From assembly GCA_964576115.1 (NCBI GenBank), contig CAZNUA010000032.1, positions 1 through 42,989 on the forward strand: a stretch of DNA of 42,989 nt, given 5' to 3'. Shown in pieces: positions 18,130 to 26,135 of the stretch. The position numbers and the translations under genes were made by a program. Each line of letters opens with the position of its first letter. Position 1 is the first letter of the stretch. The notes beneath the pieces were generated by a model. It ran no database searches, had not been told where the DNA came from, and was given only the letters and a program-made list of their open reading frames with translations. Source of the stretch: an uncultured Gemmatimonadota bacterium. GTDB lineage: Bacteria > Blakebacterota > Blakebacteria > Blakebacterales > Blakebacteraceae.

Positions 18130-19397
18130 CAGCAGTCCAGTTCCCCGGCGATGACGTTCAGGCTCGAGACGCAGGCGATCGCGTCGGAGATCGAACCCCC
18201 GATCAGGAGGCGGTCGATGGCGCTGTAGTAATAGAAACAGGGCCGGCGCACGTGCACCCGGTAGGGGCCGACCCCGCCGTCGGAGACGATGTAGAAGCCC
18301 AGCTCGCCGTTGGCGGCTTCGGTGGAGTGGTAGTACTCCCCGGGCGGCACCGGCACTCCGTGCATGGTCAGCTTGAAGTGATTGATCAGGCTCTCCATGC
18401 GGGTGTAGACGTCCTTTTTATCGGGCAGACTGATGGCCGGATCCTCGATCCGCCAGGGCCCCTCGGGGATGTTTTCCACGGCCTGATCGATGATCTTCAA
18501 ACTCTCGATCATCTCGAGCAGGCGTACGGTATACCGGCTGTACACGTCGCCGGTCTCGCCGGTCGGAATCTCGAACTCGAACTCCGGGTAACACATGTAG
18601 GGGGTGGCTTTACGCACGTCGTAGTCCACCCCGGCGGCCCGCAGGTTGGGGCCGGTGAAGCCGTAGGACAGCGCCGTTTCGGCGTCGATCGGCGAGACGT
18701 TGAGGGTCCGGTCGATGAAGATGCGGTTGCGGCTCAGGACGTCGTCGAAGTCCTTGAAGACCTGGGGGAAGCCCTTGACCCAGGCCCGCACGTCCTCCAC
18801 GAAATCCAGGGGTACGTCCCGTTCGAGCCCCCCGATCCGGCCGAAAGTGGTGGTCAGCCGGGCGCCGGTCTGCTTCTCGATGATCTGGTAGGCCTTCTCG
18901 CGCTCGGCGTAGTACCAGAGGAAACCGGTGAAGGCGCCCATGTCCACCCCGAGGATGCCCATGCTGATGAGGTGGTCCATGATGCGCGACATCTCGACGA
19001 TGATGGTGCGTACGTACTGAGCCCGCTTCGGGGCCTCGATCCCCAGCATGTGCTCGACCGCCAGCAGCCAGCCGACGTTGTTCATCGGAGCCGAGACGTA
19101 GTTCATGCGGTCGGTACAGTTCAGGAACTGCTGCCAGGAATAGACCTCGCCCAGCTTCTCGAAGGAGCGGTGCAGGTAGCCGATGTGCGGTTCGGTCTCG
19201 ACGATGACCTCGCCCTCGAGGGTGGCGATGTTGTGCAGCACGCCGTGCATGGCGGGGTGGTAGGGACCGATGTTGACGACGATCCGGTCCTCCTGGGCGC
19301 TCTCCTCATAGAGGTCGAGCTCGGGGGGAACCGACTCCCAGTACCAGCGCGAGGCTTCGTCGAGGCGGTGTTCTTCGCGCTCGCTCCGGCGGGTCAT
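18129..19397 (-). CDS. nuoD: NADH-quinone oxidoreductase subunit D
   Basis: NIGPYHPAMHGVL, IGYLHRSFEK, DRMNY, GELGFY; no NiFe CxxC motifs. Confidence 0.97.
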   Translation of the reverse strand: MTRRSEREEHRLDEASRWYWESVPPELDLYEESAQEDRIVVNIGPYHPAMHGVLHNIATLEGEVIVETEPHIGYLHRSFEKLGEVYSWQQFLNCTDRMNYVSAPMNNVGWLLAVEHMLGIEAPKRAQYVRTIIVEMSRIMDHLISMGILGVDMGAFTGFLWYYAEREKAYQIIEKQTGARLTTTFGRIGGLERDVPLDFVEDVRAWVKGFPQVFKDFDDVLSRNRIFIDRTLNVSPIDAETALSYGFTGPNLRAAGVDYDVRKATPYMCYPEFEFEIPTGETGDVYSRYTVRLLEMIESLKIIDQAVENIPEGPWRIEDPAISLPDKKDVYTRMESLINHFKLTMHGVPVPPGEYYHSTEAANGELGFYIVSDGGVGPYRVHVRRPCFYYYSAIDRLLIGGSISDAIACVSSLNVIAGELDC

Positions 19398-19406
19398 GCC
19401 GTGCCT

Positions 19407-20006
19407 CTACAGATCATGCAGTTCCTTCCACGAGGTCATACGCTTGTTACCCTGCAGTTCGCCCTGCCGGTGTTTGGCCCGCTCCGGTCCCTCGATGGGG
19501 AAGTCCTTGCGCTGCGGGTGCCCCTCGTAGTCGTCGGGCATGAGGATGCGGACCAGATTCGGGTGTCCCTCGAAGCTGATCCCCATCATGTCGAAGACCT
19601 CGCGTTCGGCCCAGTTGGCCGAATGATGGCGGCCGGTCAGGGTGGGCACGCTCTGCCCCTCGGCCACCCAGGCTCTGACCCGGATGCGCCGGCCCCGGTG
19701 CCGGTCGAGAAAATGCCAGACGACCGCGAAACGTTCGGGGTGGGATTCGGGCCAGGCCAGGTAGTCGACCGCGGTCACGTCGAGCAGGATTCCGAAGCCG
19801 GTTTCCTCGTCGATGGACTCCAGGGTTTCGGAAACCTCGACGATCCGGGCGGGGGAGATCACCAGCGTTATCATGTCGGGTCCGGAGAGGACCTTGAGCA
19901 GATTCTCGCCCAGGCGCTGCTCGACGGCGGCGATGGCGCGCTCCTCCCAGTCGGCGGGGGGGCGCAGTTCGCGAGCGGGGATCGTATTGTCGAGGGGCCG
20001 GTTCAC
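19407..20006 (-). CDS. nuoC: NADH-quinone oxidoreductase subunit C
   Basis: [34 protein letters not shown]. Confidence 0.96.
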   Translation of the reverse strand: MNRPLDNTIPARELRPPADWEERAIAAVEQRLGENLLKVLSGPDMITLVISPARIVEVSETLESIDEETGFGILLDVTAVDYLAWPESHPERFAVVWHFLDRHRGRRIRVRAWVAEGQSVPTLTGRHHSANWAEREVFDMMGISFEGHPNLVRILMPDDYEGHPQRKDFPIEGPERAKHRQGELQGNKRMTSWKELHDL

Positions 20007-20587
20007 TCTCCAGCCTCCGGGTTTCGGAGCCGGGTGAGTTCTTCGAGCCGCCGTTCCCGTAACTCCTCGTTGACCGCCGCCTGGACCTGACGCCGGATCC
20101 AGGCCCGTGATTCATGCCCGACGCCCTCCTTGCCCTGGATCAGTTCCTGCAGCATGACGAGGGCGTGCAGGACCATCTCGGGGCGGGGAGGACAACCCGG
20201 GATGAAGACATCAACCGGGATGAAATCGTCCACGCCCTGGACCACGCTGTAGACGTCGAACATGCCTCCCGAGGAAGCACAGGCGCCCATCGAGATGCAC
20301 CACTTCGGCTCGGGCATCTGCTCCCAGACTTTCAGAATGACCGGTTTGGTCTTCAGACAGATGGTGCCGATGACGATCAGCAGGTCGGCCTGGCGGGGAC
20401 TGAAGGCCTGCCGTTCGGCTCCGAACCGGGCCAGGTCGTAGCGTGACGCCATGGTGGACATGTACTCGATGCCGCAGCAGGCGGTGGCGAAGGGGCTGGG
20501 CCAGAGACTGTACTTGCGGCCCCAGGAGACCAGGTCGTTGATCTTGCCGACCAGGACGTTGTCGGTCAGCCGGGATATCACTCCCAT
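20003..20587 (-). CDS. nuoB: NADH-quinone oxidoreductase subunit B
   Basis: [32 protein letters not shown] at 20587 preceded by AAGGCGG inside the nuoA 3' end. Confidence 0.96.
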   Translation of the reverse strand: MGVISRLTDNVLVGKINDLVSWGRKYSLWPSPFATACCGIEYMSTMASRYDLARFGAERQAFSPRQADLLIVIGTICLKTKPVILKVWEQMPEPKWCISMGACASSGGMFDVYSVVQGVDDFIPVDVFIPGCPPRPEMVLHALVMLQELIQGKEGVGHESRAWIRRQVQAAVNEELRERRLEELTRLRNPEAGE

Positions 20588-20934
20588 TCCAGACCGCCTT
20601 TCCGCCACACGTACACCAGCCCCACCGTCAGGACGGCCAGGAAGATGACGATCTCGATCAGACCGAAGAGCCCGAGGCGCCGGAAGAGGACGGCCCAGGG
20701 GAAGAGGAAGACCGTTTCGACGTCGAAGACGATGAAGACGATCGCGATCAGGTAGAACCTCACATTGGTACGCCGCTGGGCGGCGTCGCGCAGGGGAACG
20801 CCGCATTCGAAAACGTCGAGAAGTTTCTCCTGGGAGGAATGCGCTCCGAGCAGGCGGGGCACGATAAGCATGAAGACACCCATCCCGAGGGAGATGAGAA
20901 CGAGTAGTCCGAGCGCGATGAAATCCTCATGCAT
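20578..20934 (-). CDS. nuoA: NADH-quinone oxidoreductase subunit A
   Basis: [35 protein letters not shown]. Confidence 0.97.
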   Translation of the reverse strand: MHEDFIALGLLVLISLGMGVFMLIVPRLLGAHSSQEKLLDVFECGVPLRDAAQRRTNVRFYLIAIVFIVFDVETVFLFPWAVLFRRLGLFGLIEIVIFLAVLTVGLVYVWRKGGLEWE

Positions 20935-20940
20935 GGGCCC

Positions 20941-20990
20941 TTATTACCACTCGACCACGGACGACTCAAGCCTTTTTCAAAAACAAAATT
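20941..20990 (-). promoter_or_regulatory. Candidate sigma70-type promoter of the nuo operon
   Basis: Minus strand: A/T tract (UP-like), TTGAGT (20969-20964), 17-nt spacer ending TGG, TAATAA (20946-20941), then 6 nt to the nuoA ATG. The -10 match is imperfect. Confidence 0.45.
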
Positions 20991-21212
20991 CAGTTCGTAG
21001 TCCGAAGATCAATCCTCGAGTTCGAATAAACCGTGACCGGTCTCGAATCGTTGTGAGGGGTAAGAGCACGCTCCTGAGAAGCGCGCCGGTCCCGATCGGT
21101 GGTCGGATCGGAAAGCACCGGAGAGGGAACCCCCGGTGAAAAAGATGAGTATCAGGGAACGTATTCTGCGTGTGGGGCCAAAGGTTCGGACCCCCGGGGG
21201 TGTCTAAACGGG

Positions 21213-21228
21213 TGAGACACTCGATCCG
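21213..21228 (+). repeat. Left arm of 16-bp perfect inverted repeat flanking tolC1
   Basis: TGAGACACTCGATCCG; exact reverse complement of 22985-23000. Confidence 0.95.
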
Positions 21229-21268
21229 ACATCTTCATCGATACATACAGCGAAAGGACGTTTCGGAC

Positions 21269-22942
21269 ATGCGCCTGAACCCCAATTCCCGGCCGGCGGC
21301 CTCAGGAGCGGTTCTCGCCGCCGTCCTCGTCGGGCTCATCCTTGCCGTGCCCCCGACTCCGGCTGCAGCCCAGGTCACCGACCGCACAGCCGCCCCGCAG
21401 GACACCCTCATCATCGAACCGACCGATGTCGACATCTTCGATCGCGAGGATGCCGATCTGGTCATGACCTTGGACGACGTTGTCGACCTGGCTCTGGAGC
21501 AATCCTTCCAGGTCTACCGGATGAAGCAGCAGTACCTGCAGAGCGCCTATAGCCTGGAACGGGCCCGGAGCAACCTGCGCACCCAGGTCGATTTCCGTGG
21601 GACGTTGCCCAGTATCACTCAGGGCATCAGTCCTCAGCTGACATACGACCAGCAGGGGAACCCCTCCCTGGATTACCTGCGGAACGGTCGCACCAACATG
21701 AACATGAACATCGATCTCTCCCAACCCCTGATTACGAACGGGAATGTCACCCTGTCGGGGGGACTGCGGGGATCGGAGTCGTTCAACGAGCTGACCGGTG
21801 GGCGTCCTGATGTGGAAAACCGTTCGGTCCAGCCCTCACTAGGGATCAGCTTCACGCAGCCGCTTTTCCAGTACAATGAAATCAAGGCGGCTCTGCGCAG
21901 CGCCGAACTCACGTTCGAGTCGCTCGATCGAACCTACACCCAGGACGAGCTGCAGCAGATCAACCAGATCACAACCCGTTTCTACGGGCTCTACCAGCAG
22001 CAGCGCTCCCTGGAAAACCAGGCTGAGTCCTTCGCGTTGAGCGAGGAGAACTACATTACCGGTCAGCGCAAGTACGCCGCCGGGTTGATCGCCGAGGTGG
22101 ACAAGATGCAGCTCGAAGTCCAGCAGGCCAACGACCTCGACCGGCTCGAAGGAGCCATCAATACCCACGAACAGCAGATGTTTTCCTTCAACCGCCTGAT
22201 CGGTTTGCCCCTCGAGACGAAGGTCTGGGTGGAATACAACGAGGACTTCGTGCCGATTACGGTCAACGTCGACCAGGCTCTGGAACTGGCTTTCGAGAAT
22301 CGAGCCGACATCCGGTTGCAGGAAATCGCCATCGAACAACAGGAAATGAGTGTGCGCCAGCAGGTCTCAAACGGGCGTCCCAACCTGCAGTTCAATGCAG
22401 GGTACGACCTGACCGGCAACTCGACCCTGAGCGGTCTCGGGATAGCCGATCCCTGGAACACCCATATCACCGAGTCAATCAAGAGCGATAATCGCAGCCC
22501 GAATACCAATGTCAGCCTGACCTTGCGCATTCCCATATACGATTCGGGTCGGAACCGGTCTTCGGTGGAGCGTTCGAGAGTCTCTCTCGAAATCGCCGAA
22601 CGCCAGCTTTCTGAAACCGAGGAAAATCTGAAACAGCAGGTCATCAACGCCGTCCGGAGTGTGGAGAGTGCCACCCGCCGGCTTCAAATCCAGATCGCCA
22701 ACCTGGCCGTGGCGGAACAGCAGTTCTCGATCAGCCGGACCCGCTACGATCGGGGAGAGATCACCACCACCGAGCTGATGAACGCTCAAACGCAGTACAG
22801 CAGCACCCAGGCCAACTACCTCGGAGCTCTTATCGGGTATGAAGAAGCCAAAGCGAACCTGACCGAGATCACCCTCTGGGACTGGGAGAACAACCGCCAG
22901 ATCGTGCGGCGCACATCGCCCCCCGTACCCGGTGGTCGATAG
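21269..22942 (+). CDS. TolC-family outer membrane efflux protein 1
   Basis: Signal peptide ending AAA-Q; MTLDDVVDLALE, FTQPLF, LRIPIYD, RYDRGEITTTEL motifs; AAAGGA RBS before ATG 21269. Confidence 0.9.
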   Translation: MRLNPNSRPAASGAVLAAVLVGLILAVPPTPAAAQVTDRTAAPQDTLIIEPTDVDIFDREDADLVMTLDDVVDLALEQSFQVYRMKQQYLQSAYSLERARSNLRTQVDFRGTLPSITQGISPQLTYDQQGNPSLDYLRNGRTNMNMNIDLSQPLITNGNVTLSGGLRGSESFNELTGGRPDVENRSVQPSLGISFTQPLFQYNEIKAALRSAELTFESLDRTYTQDELQQINQITTRFYGLYQQQRSLENQAESFALSEENYITGQRKYAAGLIAEVDKMQLEVQQANDLDRLEGAINTHEQQMFSFNRLIGLPLETKVWVEYNEDFVPITVNVDQALELAFENRADIRLQEIAIEQQEMSVRQQVSNGRPNLQFNAGYDLTGNSTLSGLGIADPWNTHITESIKSDNRSPNTNVSLTLRIPIYDSGRNRSSVERSRVSLEIAERQLSETEENLKQQVINAVRSVESATRRLQIQIANLAVAEQQFSISRTRYDRGEITTTELMNAQTQYSSTQANYLGALIGYEEAKANLTEITLWDWENNRQIVRRTSPPVPGGR

Positions 22943-22984
22943 CCGGACGAGGTAAACGGACGTAACCGAAACCGACAGGCGCTG

Positions 22985-23000
22985 CGGATCGAGTGTCTCA
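22985..23000 (-). repeat. Right arm of 16-bp perfect inverted repeat flanking tolC1
   Basis: CGGATCGAGTGTCTCA on the plus strand, in the tolC1-tolC2 spacer. Confidence 0.95.
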
Positions 23001-23042
23001 GCCCGGCTCCGCGCGCCGGACAGCACAGCAAGGAGAATACCC

Positions 23043-24695
23043 GTGAGGATGTCATCCTCCTGCGGAGCCCGACCCATCCTTCTCACCACCCTGACCTTCA
23101 TCGGCGCCGGACTGCTTCTGCTGCCGGCCGGGCCCGTCCCGGCCGGTGCCCAGCAGGTGACCGCGCTGCAGGCCCAGGAGGTGACGATACCCACCAGGGC
23201 CGAGGCCGACCTGGTCCTTTCGCTGAATGAGGCGATCGATGTCTCTCTGGACAAATCGTTCGGCATCTTCCAGCTGCAGCAGGGCTACCTGCAGACTTCG
23301 TACTACCTGGAGTACTCCCAGCGGGCCCTGAAGCCCCACATGCAGTTCAACTCCAACGGCCTGCCGGGAATCAGCCAGAGCATCGATCCGCAGTTTTACT
23401 ACAACCCGATCACCGGCCAGCAGGAACTGGGCTATCTGAAGATGAGCCGCATGACCGGGGATATGGCCCTGTCGCTCTGGAAGCCGCTGATCACCAACGG
23501 CAGTGTCGCCGTGAGCATGGGCATGAGCGGCAATGAAGCCGAGAATGATCTGCCGGCGGGGGGCAACACGAAAAATCGATCCTTTCAGCCCTTCGTCGGG
23601 GTAAGCTTCAACCAGCCCATGTTTCAGTACAATTCCCGCCGTGGCGACCTGCGCGACAACGAATTGAGGATGGAGAGTCAGGCCCTGCGATATACCGAGG
23701 AGGAAGTGCGCCAGATCAACCAGGTCACCCGGACCTTCTACGATCTGCTGCAGCAACAGCAGGCGGTCGAACTGGCGGCCGAGGATTACGACCAGAGTGT
23801 GGCCAACTACCGGACCGGCCTGCGCCGGTACCATTCGGCCCAGCAGAACGAGACCGACGTGCTCAGCCTGCAGGTTGAGATGTCCAACGCCCTGAGCAGC
23901 CTGGAACAGGAGAAGGTCAACCTCGAGAGCCAGCAGTTCGCCTTCAACCGCGGGGTCGGACTGCCCCTGGAAACCCGTATCTGGGTCGAGGAGGACCTGC
24001 AGTACGAGCCGATCGAGGTGGACGTGGAGCGGGCCCTGGAACTGGCCCTTGAGCAACGCAGCGATATTCGCCGGGCCGAGATCACCCTGGAACAGGACGA
24101 ACTGACCCTGCGCCAGCAGGTCTCGAACGGTCGTCCCGACCTTCAGCTCAACGCCTCTTACGCCCTGAGCGGCAACTCCAGTCTGAGTGCCACGGCTGAC
24201 GATCCCTGGTCGACCCATTTCAGTGAGGCGCTCAATGCAGATAACCGCAGTCCCCTGACCAGGGTTTCGCTGACCCTGAGCATCCCCATTTTGGACGGGA
24301 AGCAGAACAGGGCTCTGGTCGAACGGCAGATGTCGGTCATCCGGGAACAGGAGCGGCAGATCGAAGAGGCCCGGGCCACCCTGCGGCAGGAGGTCATCAA
24401 CCGGGTACGGGCGGTCGAGAGCGCCATGCGGCAGATGGAGATCCGGGAGCAGAGCCTGCAGATCGCCCGGACCTCCTACCAGATCACCCGGCAGCAGTAC
24501 GAACGGGGCGAAACCGACCTGAACACCCTGCTGAGGGCCCAGACAACGCGCCGCAACTCAGAAACGCAGCATCTGCAGGCGCGCATCACATACGAAATGG
24601 CCAAGGCCAACCTGAAAGAAATCACCCTCTGGGACTGGGAGACCAACCAGCCGGTCCGGCAGAGGACCACGACGCCCGTTCCCTTCGGCGGCTGA
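23043..24695 (+). CDS. TolC-family outer membrane efflux protein 2 (paralog of tolC1)
   Basis: Signal peptide; colinear with tolC1 (RQQVSNGRP, DNRSP, AKANLxEITLWDWE shared); AAGGAG RBS. Confidence 0.9.
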   Translation: MRMSSSCGARPILLTTLTFIGAGLLLLPAGPVPAGAQQVTALQAQEVTIPTRAEADLVLSLNEAIDVSLDKSFGIFQLQQGYLQTSYYLEYSQRALKPHMQFNSNGLPGISQSIDPQFYYNPITGQQELGYLKMSRMTGDMALSLWKPLITNGSVAVSMGMSGNEAENDLPAGGNTKNRSFQPFVGVSFNQPMFQYNSRRGDLRDNELRMESQALRYTEEEVRQINQVTRTFYDLLQQQQAVELAAEDYDQSVANYRTGLRRYHSAQQNETDVLSLQVEMSNALSSLEQEKVNLESQQFAFNRGVGLPLETRIWVEEDLQYEPIEVDVERALELALEQRSDIRRAEITLEQDELTLRQQVSNGRPDLQLNASYALSGNSSLSATADDPWSTHFSEALNADNRSPLTRVSLTLSIPILDGKQNRALVERQMSVIREQERQIEEARATLRQEVINRVRAVESAMRQMEIREQSLQIARTSYQITRQQYERGETDLNTLLRAQTTRRNSETQHLQARITYEMAKANLKEITLWDWETNQPVRQRTTTPVPFGG

Positions 24696-24718
24696 GCATA
24701 TAAAGGAGAGTAGAACCG

Positions 24719-26080
24719 ATGGCAGATCGCGGCAGAGCGATTGCAACGATAGGCAAGATCCTGGCGGTCATCATCGTCCTCGGCGGGATCGCGTGGCTGG
24801 TCATCAACCGGATCAACAAGGAAAAGGCCGAAGAGGAGGCCCAGCAGGCGCCCGAGGCGGCCGCGGCGACCGATGCCGACCGGGCTGAAGCGGTGGAAGG
24901 CCTGTTCCACGGACTCGATCCGATCCCGGTCAAGGCCAGCCCGGTGGTGCTGGGGACCCTGGTGCAGACGGTCCATGCCGAGGGCCGGGCCCAGCCCCTG
25001 CGCCAGGTCGAGGTCCAGAGCCGGGTCAACGGCGCCCTGAACCGGATCCTGGTCAAGGAGGGGGACTACGTGAGGGCCGGACAGGTCCTGGCCGAGATCG
25101 ACGACACCAACTACCAGCTCGATCTGCAGGATGCCGAGGCGGCCTACCTGCGGGCCACGGCCGACTATACGGCTCTGCTGGAGGAGCGCGACACCGTACA
25201 GCAACAGGGTCTCGAGATCGCCCAGACCTCGATGACCGAGGCCGATCTGGCCGCAGTCGAGCGCCGCTACGAGCAGGCGGTCGCCGACAGGCAGGCCGGC
25301 CGGATCACCGAAGATGACTTCCGCTTGATTGAACTGGAGTACCAGACCGCCCGGATCCTGGCCGGCAAGGAACGGGGCAACATCATGCAGGCCTCGCTGA
25401 CTCAGTCGCGGATCCGGCTCGAGAAGGCCCAGCGCGATCTGGAGAACACGAAGATCAAGGCACCCTTCGGGGGGCGGGTGGCCGACCTGGATGTCTTCGA
25501 AGGCCAGTTCCTGGGCACCGGCACGACAGTGCTGACCCTGCTCGACATGAGCCGGATGCGGGTCAGTGTCGACGTGCTCGAATCCGAAATCGCTCCGCTG
25601 CGTCCCGACCGCAGGGCCGAGGTCAGGTTCACGGCTCTGCCCGATCAGGTCTTCGAGGGGCACGTCATTTCGGTCAACCCCATGATCAACGCCCAGACCC
25701 GGACCGGGAAGGTGGAGCTCGAGCTGGATAATCCCGAGGGCTCGATCACCACCGGTATGTTCGCCCGGGCGCGGATCTTTTCCCGTGACATCGAGAACGT
25801 GATGATGGTGCCGCATGAGTCGATCGTGGAGCGGGATGACCGCACCCTGGTCTTTCAGGTGGTCGAATCCGAGGACGAGGAGAGCCCCGACATCGTCAAG
25901 TGGCGCTATGTCCAGCTGGCGGAATCGAACGACACCCATGTGGTCGTGCTGCCCACCGACGATCCCCACGCGGGTGTCGCGCCCGGCATGCTGGTCTGCG
26001 TCGAGGGCCACGTGAGTCTGCAGCACGACTCGCCGGTGCGTCTGCTCGAGGTCGTGGATTCCAACGTTCTGCGTCCGTAG
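24719..26080 (+). CDS. RND periplasmic adaptor (membrane fusion protein)
   Basis: N-terminal TM; VKEGDYVRAGQVL lipoyl half; long helical hairpin; IKAPFGG, TRTGKV, GMFA. Confidence 0.93.
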   Translation: MADRGRAIATIGKILAVIIVLGGIAWLVINRINKEKAEEEAQQAPEAAAATDADRAEAVEGLFHGLDPIPVKASPVVLGTLVQTVHAEGRAQPLRQVEVQSRVNGALNRILVKEGDYVRAGQVLAEIDDTNYQLDLQDAEAAYLRATADYTALLEERDTVQQQGLEIAQTSMTEADLAAVERRYEQAVADRQAGRITEDDFRLIELEYQTARILAGKERGNIMQASLTQSRIRLEKAQRDLENTKIKAPFGGRVADLDVFEGQFLGTGTTVLTLLDMSRMRVSVDVLESEIAPLRPDRRAEVRFTALPDQVFEGHVISVNPMINAQTRTGKVELELDNPEGSITTGMFARARIFSRDIENVMMVPHESIVERDDRTLVFQVVESEDEESPDIVKWRYVQLAESNDTHVVVLPTDDPHAGVAPGMLVCVEGHVSLQHDSPVRLLEVVDSNVLRP

Positions 26081-26135
26081 CCGTGCAGAGCAGGCTTGTT
26101 CGGTCGGTCTGAAACCCGTATGAACCGGAGGCACC

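Noticed and set aside
18129-20587. nuoB/C/D as a group 4 NiFe hydrogenase (NuoD ends in Cys)
   Set aside because: No CxxC Ni-binding pairs; quinone-site His/Tyr motifs and the full nuoA-N order indicate complex I.
21051-21070. Rex or FNR box upstream of nuo (TTGTGA half-site; ATCAA at 21008-21012)
   Set aside because: Only half-sites, with no matching second half at the correct spacing.
21092-21143. Two 6-bp-stem hairpins as a terminator or riboswitch
   Set aside because: Short stems, no U-tract in a suitable orientation and no recognisable riboswitch consensus.
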